Shown here: positions 21,839 to 33,892 of the stretch, in pieces | Position numbering within the stretch: position 1 is the stretch's first letter | Layout of the letters: each line of letters opens with the position of its first letter | From: Macrostomum lignano | Taxonomy: Eukaryota | Assembly (NCBI GenBank): GCA_002269645.1 | Contig: NIVC01001514.1 | Location: 62,001-126,000, forward strand | DNA length: 64,000 nucleotides | Direction of reading: 5' to 3' | The notes under the pieces: generated by a model | Told to the model about the DNA's origin: nothing | The model's database searches: none | The model's input: the letters and a program-made list of their open reading frames with translations, nothing else | Position numbers and translations under genes: made by a program

Positions 21839-23266
21839 TCAAAGTTCCGACTTTCTCCCACGTTTAGCAGCGGCAGAGTGGAAGGCTTCGGCAAGATGAA
21901 CAAACTTTCGAATTTCCTTGGCCACGAGTTCGGGCAGCTCAAGGGCGGCGAAGTGGCCGCCGCGGTCATCGAAGTCGGTGTAGAGCAGCAAATTCGGGTG
22001 AGTCTTGCGAACGTAGTCTTCAGGAACTCGAATAAGCTCGTGTGGAAATGACGCCACGCCATAGGGCACCTGCGACGGAATTGATGCGTAGTTGCTCGAG
22101 GCTTCGATGCTCAAATCCTCTTTATAGAAGCGCATTGACGAGGTGATGGACCCGGTGGTCCAGTAGATCATCACATTCGTCAGCAGCTCGTCCAGTGTAA
22201 AAGCGGCTTTTGGTCCAACCAAATTGCCATCCTTACTGAACCGATTCTGCAGATTCGTCCACACGCTGAACTTCTCCAAGATGTAGGCGGCTAGACCCAC
22301 TGGAGAGTCGGAGAGGGCGTGGCCCACCGAGTCCGGTCGCGTGGCTTGCAGGTGAAAGTACCCAGACTCGCGCATTAGGTCTCCGAGCTTCCCAAAGAAC
22401 GGATAGATCTTATCGCAGTCGCGCTTATCGAAGAGAACACCTGCAGGTAGAAACGAACCCGCGACCATCTGCAGCAGAATCGACGGGTGTCGGAACGACT
22501 GCATCGGCATGCTTGTATGGAAGCCCAATAGACGTTCCTGGAACTCTATCGCCATCACGTGACCAATGATGCTGCCCCAATCTCCACCGTGCACGTAGTA
22601 CTTGTGAAATCCGAGCCGACCCATCAGCTTGTCCATCACCCGAGCAGCGGCGGACGGGTCGAAGCCTCGCTTCTTCGGAGCCTCCGACCAAGCGAAGCCG
22701 GGTAGCGAGGCGGCCACCACCTCGAAGGCGAAGCCGTCAGAGTCGGGCGTCGTCAGCAGAGGCAGCAACTTGTGGAACTCGATCACTGAGCCCGGCCAGC
22801 CGTGCAGCAGCAGCAGCGGTGCCCGCTTCTTCGCCTTCTTCGGCTTCACGTGCATAAAGTGTACCTGCAGACCCTCGATCCTCGTCAAGTAGTTCTCGAA
22901 GCTGTTGATCTTCTTCTCCCACTGACGCCAGTCGTACTTCTCCAGCCAGTAGGTCACCACCTGCTGCATGAATCGGCCATTGAACCCGTATTCGAATGCC
23001 GAGTTCTCCAGCGGCTCGACAAACTTGAACGCGCGCAGACGCGACTTCAGGCTGTTGAGGTCAGTGTCGCTCACCGACACCTTCATGGGCTTCACCGCCT
23101 CGCTGTCGCCGCCACCGGTCGCACTGCTGCCCCAGTTGAGGGTGGCCGGAAGGTCCGGCTTCGGCGGCACCGCCAGCCGATCCAGGAAGCCCAGACCTGC
23201 CAGCAGCAACAGCGCCAGCAGGAGCACCGAGCCAGCGCAGAGCACCGTTCGCAGTATGCTGCACAT
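21839..23266 (-). CDS. EPHX1: Microsomal epoxide hydrolase (EPHX1/JHEH-like), copy 1, 475 aa, intronless CDS
   Basis: N-terminal membrane anchor, EHN region, HGWP oxyanion motif, nucleophile GGDWG, ESGY and RFYKE tyrosines, FPHEL acid, GGHFAA His. Confidence 0.95.
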   Translation of the reverse strand: MCSILRTVLCAGSVLLLALLLLAGLGFLDRLAVPPKPDLPATLNWGSSATGGGDSEAVKPMKVSVSDTDLNSLKSRLRAFKFVEPLENSAFEYGFNGRFMQQVVTYWLEKYDWRQWEKKINSFENYLTRIEGLQVHFMHVKPKKAKKRAPLLLLHGWPGSVIEFHKLLPLLTTPDSDGFAFEVVAASLPGFAWSEAPKKRGFDPSAAARVMDKLMGRLGFHKYYVHGGDWGSIIGHVMAIEFQERLLGFHTSMPMQSFRHPSILLQMVAGSFLPAGVLFDKRDCDKIYPFFGKLGDLMRESGYFHLQATRPDSVGHALSDSPVGLAAYILEKFSVWTNLQNRFSKDGNLVGPKAAFTLDELLTNVMIYWTTGSITSSMRFYKEDLSIEASSNYASIPSQVPYGVASFPHELIRVPEDYVRKTHPNLLLYTDFDDRGGHFAALELPELVAKEIRKFVHLAEAFHSAAAKRGRKSEL

Positions 23267-24159
23267 TTTCCAGTGAGCGGGGGCAATTTTGTACCAAGAA
23301 GAGCTGAAGCGATAATCTAAATCAGCTAGCTTTAGCGAGCAACGAGAGTGCTTACTTGGTAGCAGCTCTGAAATATAAAGTAAAGCTCTAATAACACAGT
23401 CTGTCTGTAGCCACCGCTGCTAATGCGTTCGACTTTGGCTTGTGACAACCCAGACAATCCGTCTGAACCCTTTAAGCATTGGAAAACTGCATTCAGTAGA
23501 AGGGGCAGGAAGGTGTGGTGTTTTTTTGGCAGTGTACTTTGCTTTGCCCTGTACAGCGAACACCACTTCGCTGAGAGAAGGGCCTCATGGTGGGTGTCGC
23601 TGCGTTTGCCATTTCACAAAATGCCGCGCAGCTGATTCTTTCATGTACCAGTCTAGCTTTCTCACTCCCCTTCTGTCCTCTCTTGTCATTTATTGAAGCC
23701 AAGCTTTCCACAAATTAGACTTAAAGGCTTGTCTGCCAGCGTATGTATACGCTATAAAACTGATAAGTCGCTTATACTAGTCGTACTTGTACATTAACCA
23801 GGGCAGCTAATCTCTGGGGTTGACTAGACAGTACGGCTGTTTATAGCTCTGCAATACAAAGTACTTTAAACTGGATGTACAGTCGATTCAGAACTTAATT
23901 ACACTCAGCAACAGTTAACCCTAGCCTCAACTTACGTTGTCACATGGTACGAAAATTAAGCGGTCTCTTAAATGCTAGTTTCAGTATCATGTGTAGGAAC
24001 TACGAGAATGCAAAAGTGCCGTGGCAACCTGATCATCAGTTGGTAATCGGCTCTTGAACTTATTGTCTTAGATGTCAGGGGTGGATTCTTGTAGTTCTAA
24101 GGGCAGAGCACACTCTTCTACACTACTTACTTACTACTGACGGAGGCAGGAAGCAGCGA

Positions 24160-24800
24160 TTAAGATGTGAGGCCCCTGTCACAACCCCAAGCTAAAAACA
24201 GATGAGGCTTTAACTGCTCCCACCCCTCGCCAGCAGCAGAAGAGCTCGCGAGGGTGGCGTCTGTGATCTTCATCCGGTCGCGGAGTTCCGGACGAATGTG
24301 TCCCGGACAAACGTCACGGATCAAGTCCGGGGTGATCAGCTCGTTCATCCTTTGTCGGTGGCCGAGGTTTCGCTTCCGCGCTTCGTTGAAATGAGGGCAG
24401 AATGCATGTGACGTGGTGCACCGCTGTTTCCTACTCGAAGCCTCACAAAGGGGCAAATGTGGGAGGGGCACTTTGCAGTGAGAAATGTCTCTGGAAGAAG
24501 CCGTGGGTAGTAATGACCAAGAAAATCTTCCTAAGGTCGGTTTATTAAAAGAGATTTGGTTCTAGGATAATTAGGCATCGCAGGTCGCGTTTGCTGATAC
24601 TTGGAGCAGCTGTTCGGGTGCAGCTGGTGTTGATGGCTTTGTACTCGTAAGTCGCACGGTTGACGGATGACTTCGGGGCAGGCAACTTGACCGAGTGACT
24701 TTTAGCATTGCTGCCTTGCTTGGCGAGTTAGTCCACAAGCTCGTTGTCAAGAACGTCGCTATGGACTGCTGTCTAGATCACGTTGAATAGGTTCTCTTTT
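24160..24800 (-). mobile_element. Degenerate LINE relic (RNase H C-terminus plus CCHC-like tail; I/R1-group-like)
   Basis: Minus strand VI*TAVHSDVLDNELVD*LAKQG resembles RNase H W--AH-G--GNE-VD-LAK; downstream PLCE...HAFCPHF...R resembles the C-terminal zinc motif; in-frame stops. Confidence 0.6.
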
Positions 24801-25455
24801 ATAGTTCGCTTCAGAATATTTCATTTACTCGAACACTTTTGGAGTTCAATTCTAAGTATCTACATAATTGAAACTCCAACTCTTGGATTTTAAATCAGTT
24901 CTTTTTGTCGAAGGCTTTGAGAATGATTAGACTTTAATCTCCAAAAGGTTGACATTAGCTGCTGTAATATCAAGTGGGGCGCTTGGATGATAGGCTACGA
25001 AAAGCTTATAGTGCCACGAGATTAACAAATGTCAAAAGAGTTATTTGATATACAAAGTAAGTTACAGCAGTAAAAGCGGTAAAATTTTTTGCCTAAGAAG
25101 ATGAGCAGCGAATCCTATATGTACGCCCCATTTGATGAAAATCTGTTTGTATACTCTGACGGAATACACTTGTAGTGAAATCCCATTCTACGTAATTCCT
25201 AATTACCGACAGGCCAACACTTTTAGCTAAATAACTACTTGCGGGTCTTCTACTCGCAATTATTAGAGCTGATCATAAAAATTGGTCCATAAAATTAATG
25301 AGAAAACGTAAGCATACATAGTGTATCGTAGTAAAAAAAATTAGTGCCGCATGAGACTCAGACTAACATTCAAGAAATTGACTCAATCGAAACTCAATGA
25401 AACAAACGGCTTGCTCGAAGTGAAATCAAAATCGGGATTAACTAGTGTAAGCTAC

Positions 25456-26883
25456 TCAAAGTTCCGACTTTTTCCCACGTTTAGCAGCGGCAGAGTGGAA
25501 GGCCTCGGCTAGAAGAAAGAACTTTCGTATATCCTTCGCCACGAGTTCGGGCAGCTCAAGAGCGGAAAAGTGGCCGCCGCGGTCATTAAAATCGGTGTAG
25601 AGCAGCAGATTCGGATGGGTCACACGGACGAAACGCTCAGGAATTCGAAAAATCTCATTAAGAAACGACACGACTCCATGGGGCACCTGCGACGGGATGG
25701 AGGGATAGATGCTGGAGGTCATGCTGCTTATATCCTCTTTATAGAAGCGCATTGACGAGGTGATGGACCCGGTGGTCCAGTAGATCATCACATTCGTCAG
25801 CAGCTCGTCCAGTGTAAAAGCGGCTTTTGGTCCAACCAAATTTCCGTTTTTGCTGAATCGGTTCTGCAAGTTTGTCGCAACGCTGAACTTCTCTAAGATG
25901 TAGGCGGCTAGACCCACTGGAGAGTCGGAGAGGGCGTGGCCCACCGAGTCCGGTCGCGTGGCTTGCAGGTGAAAGTACCCAGACTCGCGCATTAGGTCTC
26001 CGAGCTTCCCAAAGAACGGGTAGATCTTGTCGCAGTCGCGCTTATCGAAGAGAACACCTGCAGGTAGAAACGAACCCGCGACCATCTGCAGCAGAATCGA
26101 CGGGTGTCGAAACGACTGCATCGGCATGCTTGTATGAAAGCCCAATAGACGGTCCTGGAACTCTATCGCCATCACGTGACCGACGATACTACCAAAGTCT
26201 CCACCGTGCACGTAGTACTTGTGGAATCCGAGCCGACCCATCAGCTTGTCCATCACCCGAGCAGCGGCGGACGGGTCGAAGCCTCGCTTTTTCGGAGCCT
26301 CCGACCAGGCGAAGCCGGGCAGCGAGGCGGCCACCACCTCGAAGGCGAAGCCGTCAGAGTCGGGCGTCGTCAGCAGAGGCAGCAACTTGTGGAACTCGAT
26401 CACTGAGCCCGGCCAGCCGTGCAGCAGCAGCAGCGGTGCCCGCTTCTTCGCCTTCTTCGGCTTCACGTGCATAAAGTGCACCTGCAGACCCTCGATCCTC
26501 GTCAAGTAGTTCTCGAAGCTGTTGATCTTCTTCTCCCACTGACGCCAGTCGTACTTCTCCAGCCAGTAGGTCACCACCTGCTGCATGAATCGGCCATTGA
26601 ACCCGTATTCGAATGCCGAGTTCTCCAGCGGCTCGACAAACTTGAACGCGCGCAGACGCGACTTCAGGCTGTTGAGGTCAGTGTCGCTCACCGACACCTT
26701 CATGGGCTTCACCGCCTCGCTGTCGCCGCCACCGGTCGCACTGCTGCCCCAGTTGAGGGTGGCCGGAAGGTCCGGCTTCGGCGGCACCGCCAGTCGATCC
26801 AGGAAGCCCAGACCTGCCAGCAGCAACAGCGCCAACAGGAGCACCGAGCCAGCGCAGAGCACCGTTCGCAATATGCTGCACAT
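25456..26883 (-). CDS. EPHX1: Microsomal epoxide hydrolase (EPHX1/JHEH-like), copy 2, 475 aa, intronless CDS
   Basis: Same motifs as copy 1 with GGDFG, FLNEI and GGHFSA; tandem paralog offset by 3617 bp. Confidence 0.95.
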   Translation of the reverse strand: MCSILRTVLCAGSVLLLALLLLAGLGFLDRLAVPPKPDLPATLNWGSSATGGGDSEAVKPMKVSVSDTDLNSLKSRLRAFKFVEPLENSAFEYGFNGRFMQQVVTYWLEKYDWRQWEKKINSFENYLTRIEGLQVHFMHVKPKKAKKRAPLLLLHGWPGSVIEFHKLLPLLTTPDSDGFAFEVVAASLPGFAWSEAPKKRGFDPSAAARVMDKLMGRLGFHKYYVHGGDFGSIVGHVMAIEFQDRLLGFHTSMPMQSFRHPSILLQMVAGSFLPAGVLFDKRDCDKIYPFFGKLGDLMRESGYFHLQATRPDSVGHALSDSPVGLAAYILEKFSVATNLQNRFSKNGNLVGPKAAFTLDELLTNVMIYWTTGSITSSMRFYKEDISSMTSSIYPSIPSQVPHGVVSFLNEIFRIPERFVRVTHPNLLLYTDFNDRGGHFSALELPELVAKDIRKFFLLAEAFHSAAAKRGKKSEL

Positions 26884-28793
26884 TTTCCAGTGAGCGGGGG
26901 CAATTTTGTACCAAGAAGAGCTGAAGCGATAATCTAAATCAGCTAGCTTTAGCGAGCAACGAGAGTGCTTACTTGGTAGCAGCTCTGAAATATAAAGTAA
27001 AGCTCTAATGACACAGTCTGTCTGTAGCCACCGCTGCTAATGCGTTCGACTTTGGCTTGCCACGACAGCAGCCAGCTAACTTCAGCGTATATGAAGCTAC
27101 TATAAGCCTTGGTCGAAAGGGCAGGAATTGGAAGGGTTTCCCAACAGTGTACGAGCTACATTGCTTTGTTCCTTGCACTTAGCGGCATTGCACGTTCGTA
27201 CACTCTCAGTTCATTTCAAAAGTAGCTGTCAGGTTTAGGTGTGTCTGTTGGGGTTTTTATGCGAATTGTAAAACGTACATGGACGCGAAAGCTGCGATCG
27301 TGTTTTGATGGATGGATAGCTGGTATGCCTGGAATGTTGTGACTTTCTATTGCCACTGCACGCCTGTTCCATCAACTATGGTACACTAAATACAGGCGTG
27401 CTGTTAGTTCGCTCAGATTGAACTCATTCACCGGTCGGAGCACGAAAGATGGCAGATCTAAACACCTATATGGGATTGGAGAGCGCGGCGCGCAAGCGAA
27501 CAAAAGCTGAAACGTCAATGGAAGCAAAAATTGGGAGAAGAGGGAAGTATGCACCAAGATCGCGGAAAAAGTTTGACGGAAATATTTAATGCTGGCTGAG
27601 AGCGCGCAAACAGGGGATTAACCACTGCAAACTTCACCCCGAGAGGTGCGCGCTTACGGCTAATTATTGATTTTATTTAAGTTACTAATATATTATAAAT
27701 TAGCTCCAAATGGATAGATGTACATTTTAGGATTACATTCCAGGGAGTACGAAGAATCATAAAATACGAGCTACGAGCGTAGTATGCGACTTCGATGTCA
27801 ACGTGCATTACGGTTTACGGTAGTTTGTATTTTAACTTTACAAAACGAACAAAAGGTTTTATTTATACATTAGCTTTAAACAATTCTGCTTAGACCATGT
27901 AATGATGGTAGTTTCATGTAATATTACACGTAATACGAATATCGTATTTGATCATATTAACAATCACAGTAAAAGGCTGTACTAGGCTATACGGATCTCA
28001 ATAAAAGCATTTTTAACAGTTATTGTTCCAGATCTATCGGTACGACCTCTACATTTTTTAGCATGCATGCGTATTGTCAGTACATGTAAATCATTGTACA
28101 AATTTCGTAGCTTTTAATCACTGCATGATCTTAGAACAGTAGATTGGTCACTTGCTATCTATTCAATGCAATGACTTTCCTATTAGCTATCGGATATCGT
28201 GACTACGACGTCAGTTTTTTCCAGAGACAAAACATATTGACAAACCAATCAAAAACCAGATTTCCGTTTGACTATGCAATAAATCTAATGGTTTGGTAAA
28301 GCTGCTTTCACAAGCTCTACATTTCAGATCGTCTAATTTTTTTTTAATTTGTGAACTAGCGTAGGTGACGACTGATGGGACTTTTCAACAATGTGTACCC
28401 AGACTCCAGTGGGATATTTTGGCTAAATGGAGATCTTATGTCAACTTGAGGCTGCAGAACTCGAAGCGATGCATTCGATGATTTTATACTTATTGCCGGT
28501 CCAATAGGAAATCTGACAGCGAAAGCACCGCTCTGGTACATCGATTCCATTTGACATCCAGTTTTTAGCTTGTAAAAATAACAGGCATTTTTTAATATTC
28601 GATAATGTGACACTTCATGCTTATAAGTTTTGAGATTTTGAAAGCAATTCAAGCGAGATTCTTCAACGATATAAAATTTTGAGCTTGTGAAATTTCGAGC
28701 TTAATGAGACACATTCTTTTAGTATCTGTGCTTTTAACTAAAATAATTGGAACAACATAAATAATTCTATCATATGGTCCGACAGACCAACAA

Positions 28794-31700
28794 CTACGTG
28801 GCACTGGCAGTACTACTATTAGAAACCAATCGAATACACTGGCCGTCGAAACAGCGCCCGTTGTTATTCCCGCCGCAGAACATTCCATTGAATGCGCTGA
28901 TCCTGGCCGTGCAGGCGCTTGTTGACGAGGCCACGACAGACAAGGATGCGGCGGAGGGAGCGGCGGCCCGACAGCAGAACACGCGGCACTGCATCGACTG
29001 CGGAAAAATACCAACTCAGCAGTTAGAAACGTCTCTGAGCTACGAGCGTATTATGTCAAAAAAGTCGTTCAGGCAGCGCGAAACACTTTTTTTGTCGGGA
29101 GGGGGCAGATTCTCACTAGCCATTATATTTTAATGGTATTTTAGCGCTGCAGTCGAGACTTTAGTTCAAAGATGCTTCGCCCATTGCTTTTAAGCAATCA
29201 TCTCGAATGTCCGGAAGGTCCCCCCGCCCCCCGTGCTCCGCGGTGCCTAAGTACGTTACGAAATCAGTTATTAAGCTACTTCATGGTTTCATGAATTTTT
29301 TACAAATAATTTGCTCAATAAAACAATGGTAAAAATCGACAAGTTCATGACCAGTGTCAACCGATGATTTGTCAATAGCATTTAGCCATATTTAGTCAAA
29401 AATATTTTTACGTTGTGACGTTGTCAGTTTAAGGTGGTCCCGCAAAAGGGCCGTTGGACTACAATTTCACATTTAATTTCTCATTTAATATTCTCCAATC
29501 GTGTATTCTCACGTTTACTTGTAGTAGCGCCCAACGAATCTGTATCAATTGCTAATCATTGCGTACATTGTAATCTTTGCGTACGTCTGTAGGGTCTCGC
29601 GCGATCAATAATTTCATTTCTCGCTTTTCCCCCGCCAGCCAATGAAAACTCTCCGCATTTATTATGCTAACCTTCCTGCGCTCCTTTATTAACCCCGCCT
29701 GGCGGCGGGCTGGGGGTCTTCATTTTTCCTCCCTTTCCTTTCCTCCCTTTCCTTCTTTCCCTCTCGCTTGTCTCTCCTTATCTCTCGCCACGGCCCCACC
29801 CTGTCTGGGCCAGACTTGTTTACAAATTCGTGCTCCACCTTGTACTGGCACGGGCTAGCGCCCAATCACGCCACTACTTGTCTACTTGCTACTCACGACC
29901 ACCACCGTACTCAGCGCCATCACTTGCCACTTTGCTTCACCAACATCCTTCATCATCTGCTTGACTTCATAACTTCAACTACATCGACCCGTTGTTGCAG
30001 CCGCCAGTGCCCCAGAACGCTATAACTCTTGGCAGTCCTCTGCCATCATACGCCAAGTGCTTCCGCTACACAACCCACTTGACTTACCATTAATTTGGGA
30101 CTACAACGACTACAAAAACGTGACATACGTAGAACGTGACAGAATTAAACTTTAGTCATTTGAATAGTGTATACGAACGCTCGTATATGCTCACTTTGAA
30201 CGGTACTCCACTAACTGGCAGTTGACCGTCAGTGACCAGATCGCAGACTCTGTCAGGATTCCATTGAATGACGTCACTAATGTTCGATATTATCTTGTGA
30301 CCGATTGCGTTAATGCGACGCATGCAGATGGAATGCTCTCTAAAATTGAGGAATAGAAGTAGAATAGAAATTTTAGAGTAACAGAAGTGACGCTTCAACT
30401 ATTTCGGTATTTTTGAGAAGATTTTAATTAGCACCTACATAATTCAGTTGAATATACTGACTTAAAGAAGAGTTACCGAAGGAATTACCCTCAGCTCGAC
30501 TATGTAAGAGCACACTCTAGATAGATTGGGCAGATTTTTCATTCAATAGATGCATTTATCCATTCATTTTCAATGCGATACAAATGAAAACAAATTATAA
30601 TGATGATATTTCGAATGAATTATATAGTTTCGCTTATTGGTTTGTAAAAAGGTTTAAAAGTACAGTACCATATACATGCAATATTTTAAATGAGATACAA
30701 TTGGAAAGATCATTTTAGAGACTACGATAATGTGGGGCCGAACGGGGGTCGCTTTCATAAGACCGAAATTTCACAACGCCAAAACTCTGCAAGGCCCTTC
30801 ACAAGACCGAAACTTCATAAGATCGAAATTTCACATCGTAGAGAACAAGGACTGTGCGGAATTTTCGACGTTGTGAAATTTCGGTTTTATGAAGTTTCGG
30901 TCTTGTGAAGGACCATGCACGTAGTTGTTTTTGGCGTTGTGAAATTTCGGTCTTACGAAGCCCCCCCCCCCCACCCAAATGGCAGCTGTTTGGCCTGCCA
31001 GCTGCTGGAGTCGCCAACGGTGCAACAGATCGCTTAGATCGATCATGAGGCCGGACACAGATCCACGCCAGGGTGGTGACTTGCTCGTCGCTAAATGCAT
31101 ATGAAAAGAGGCTACACTATATATACGACCTTTGGGACCGTATTGAATTAAAAATACATCGGCCCAGCCTTCTGAAAAAATGCACTAAGCTCGAGTAAAT
31201 TGCGTCCTGTGTTCTTACATGTAAGTATTTTTGTAAAATTCATGTAGACTACCATATGTCTATAATAGCGGACACAGAGGGAGATTCGACTGTCTAAATC
31301 GGTTGGTAACACAGAGCAACGAACAAAGGCCGTGATTTTTCAATATTTCACACTTCTTTTTAACTAATTCGTGCCATTACCCCATCGCTTCCACTTCCGA
31401 CCGCAGCTGCAGCGCCGAGTCCGCCGACCATCGGAATGCGTCGGGCCAGTCGGCCGCCAGCTGTCGGCTCATCATGAGACCGCCAGCGCCAGCCCGGTGC
31501 CCCAGGCGGAGTCCGTGGCCCAGCTCGTGCGCGGCCGTGAATGCGATGCGAAACAGCCGCCGCCTCGGCACCATCAGCAGGGCGCAGTCGACGCCGGGCC
31601 AGCATGCGCCGCCACGGTAGGCGATGCCCAACGGCGCTCCGGACGCGACAGACAGTCCGGTGAGCAGGATCGCCTGACCATAATCGGGCAGGTGCCTGTA

Positions 31701-33372
31701 GACCCGTTTAGCGTCGACAAAACGGCAAAATTGCCGTAGGATGTCGCCCGCTAGACGATCGACTGAGCTGGACCCGCCGGAGACGGCTGAGCGGCGCAGT
31801 CGCGTCAGGCCAATGCGCTGCTCCTACAGTTTGGAAGAAATCATAGAAGCTGACAGTAGTTTCTAACTTCTATTTCAAGCTATAAAGCTTCTATTTTATC
31901 GTGGACACGATATTATTATATTTATTACGATATTACGATATTATTTTATCGTGGTCTGAGTGAGTAACTTTAATTTCATTTATTTTAAAAGTGAATTTTT
32001 ATTTGCTTTCCTGTGAGACAAACCTCTGTCAGACCGTTCGTGCCAAGAAAGAGTCAAGTTTCTCTTTCGTAGTTTCATTGTCTATATTGTCTAACAATAG
32101 TTGGTTCTTAACAACACTCTCTACATTTGGAGTCAGTCAACTTCATGCGACTAACAAAAATTAGACGAGATGGTCATAGTCACCCAAAATCAAAGCCATC
32201 GAATCATGCTGTCATTACGGCTTGACGAATTGGCAGTTACTAACTGCATGCAGACGGGCCAGTGACCCCCGAGTTTAGATAGAGTTTGGAAGAGAAGTTG
32301 CATAAAATTGTTTAAGATACTTCTACGAACAAGTATTTTGCATTTGCAGGATTGAGGACTTTCGGTACAATTTCGGGAAGCACTTAACGTTTGTTTTCAT
32401 TACCACCCAAGTTTTGGGGTTCACGATTCACTACTAGCATTCTCCAGTTTGTTAGCAGCTGCACCCTCGTGAAACTACAGCCTAGCAGGACAGATAACAT
32501 TTAACTCTATTAGTCATTTATGCATTGGAGGCTGAGCTGAAGTGCTGAGGTCGGGCCCCTTTCAACCCAGGTTCTGTAGGGTTCAGGACTGCTGAGATTG
32601 CGGCTAAAACAAAGTTTTAATAGTTTGATTAGCAAATAGTTTAGGAAAGTTAAATGGTCAAGAAAGATTCTACTCACATCTGCTCGACTTAGTCTCTTAG
32701 GCGGATTTTGAGTCATAATAAGGCGCAGTTGAACTTCCCGACTCAGAGACCTGTGAGCCAGGATGGTGTTAACCTGAAAACAATATCGATCTTCTCTTGA
32801 ACTAAAGCATTTTGCCCTGGTATTATGCAAAATGGTGTGCATATTTTTTAAGATAAAGTTGAGATGCGATTTTGACTACTAGCTATTCCTTTGTCAGTAA
32901 TATCGTGCATATGTTTTGCGCAAAGGTCAGAGTTTAGTCAGCCGCACCTGCTGTACAAATGTTGTCAAGTACTTTTCAGTCTCCGATGTGCTGCTGAAGT
33001 ACTCTGCTAGGGTTGAGTCATACACCAACTGTACCCTCATCTCGTAGGCGTGACCTACAAGGAAGGGGGTAATTATTTTTGTACTTTTACTAGACTTCAT
33101 TTTTTATTATCAATGCTATTCAGTTATAGAAACACGAGTATTTTGTTGTTCACCTACATGTGAGGTCAATAGATACCCATTTAAGGTCCCTAATAAGATC
33201 ATGCGATTACAAGCTAGACAACTCGAGCACTAAGATAGACAGCAAAGACTTAAACGAATTAGTTAAGCGTTTAAAGAAACTTACCACCTCGCTGCGATGA
33301 AGCAGAGGCAGAGGCTTCAACCGCCAACAGCAGCCAGAAATAGGCAATACTGCCAAAAAGCACCGAGCGCAT
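28794..33372 (-). CDS. Secreted ADAMTS/reprolysin (M12B)-like zinc metalloprotease. Exons 33372-33285, 33054-32948, 32773-32678, 31823-31381, (31090-30995), 30276-30195, 28997-28794; about 339-371 aa.
   Basis: Phase-consistent splicing gives: signal peptide MRSVLFGSIAYFWLLLAVEASA; YEMRVQLVYDSTLAEYF; VNTILAHRSL; ILRQFCRF; AILLTG; LGIAYRGGAC; AFTAAHELGHGLRLGH; Met-turn GLMM; WNPDRVC; CRVFCC...AFNGMFCGGNNNGRCFDGQC (ADAMTS disintegrin-like/cys-rich pattern). The bracketed exon needs a GC donor. Confidence 0.8.
30744..30965. mobile_element. Foldback/MITE palindrome in a metalloprotease intron
   Basis: CATAAGACCGAAATTTCACAACGCCAAAA mirrored by TTTTGGCGTTGTGAAATTTCGGTCTTACG, with additional internal inverted copies. 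Confidence 0.75.
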
Positions 33373-33892
33373 CCTTTCTTCGAGCAATCGCGGCTCGGGC
33401 AAGAATTACAGTTCGGGGAAATATTTATATGCTGTTGCGCCCTAATGGGATTGGGGGGCTTTTATAGGCAGCATTAGCGAGCGTTAATGCCGTCCGATGG
33501 TGCTGCTATAGAAATTCCTCTCCGCTGCTTGCATCCGTGGTGCGGGTTGAGAGTGCAAGCCAGGACTTTGGGGCTACCTAACTACCGGACTAACTGCCTT
33601 CTGCCCTGCGCATCGCCGGGCTTTTTTGCACGCTAAGCCGATTCAATGGGTGACGAAAAATACTTATGACTGTATGTGCTTTCCTGTTGGCCTATCCCCT
33701 ATGCCTATACTTATAATATAGCGGTTTCCATCCTCCGAATTTCCCAACTTCGGTCCCTAACACGCATTCAGGTTTGCCTGCCTGCAATCCGCTATTCACT
33801 GCTGAATCCTAAAAAGAATTGGTTTGGCCTAGATAGGGATTTATGAACAGCCGAGGTTAGAGGGACGCTATTTTCTTATGCATTCTCTAGAG

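Noticed and set aside
29650-30090. GC-rich segment with minus-strand hairpin plus AATAAA, possible retroelement 3' end
   Set aside because: No diagnostic protein motif or TSD could be identified by eye.
31377-31379. TAA as the stop of a 245-aa protease or the 84-aa ORF in the track
   Set aside because: The TAA lies within a donor (GG|GTAATG) and phase-compatible downstream exons encode the expected cys-rich module; a short intron-retained isoform is not excluded.
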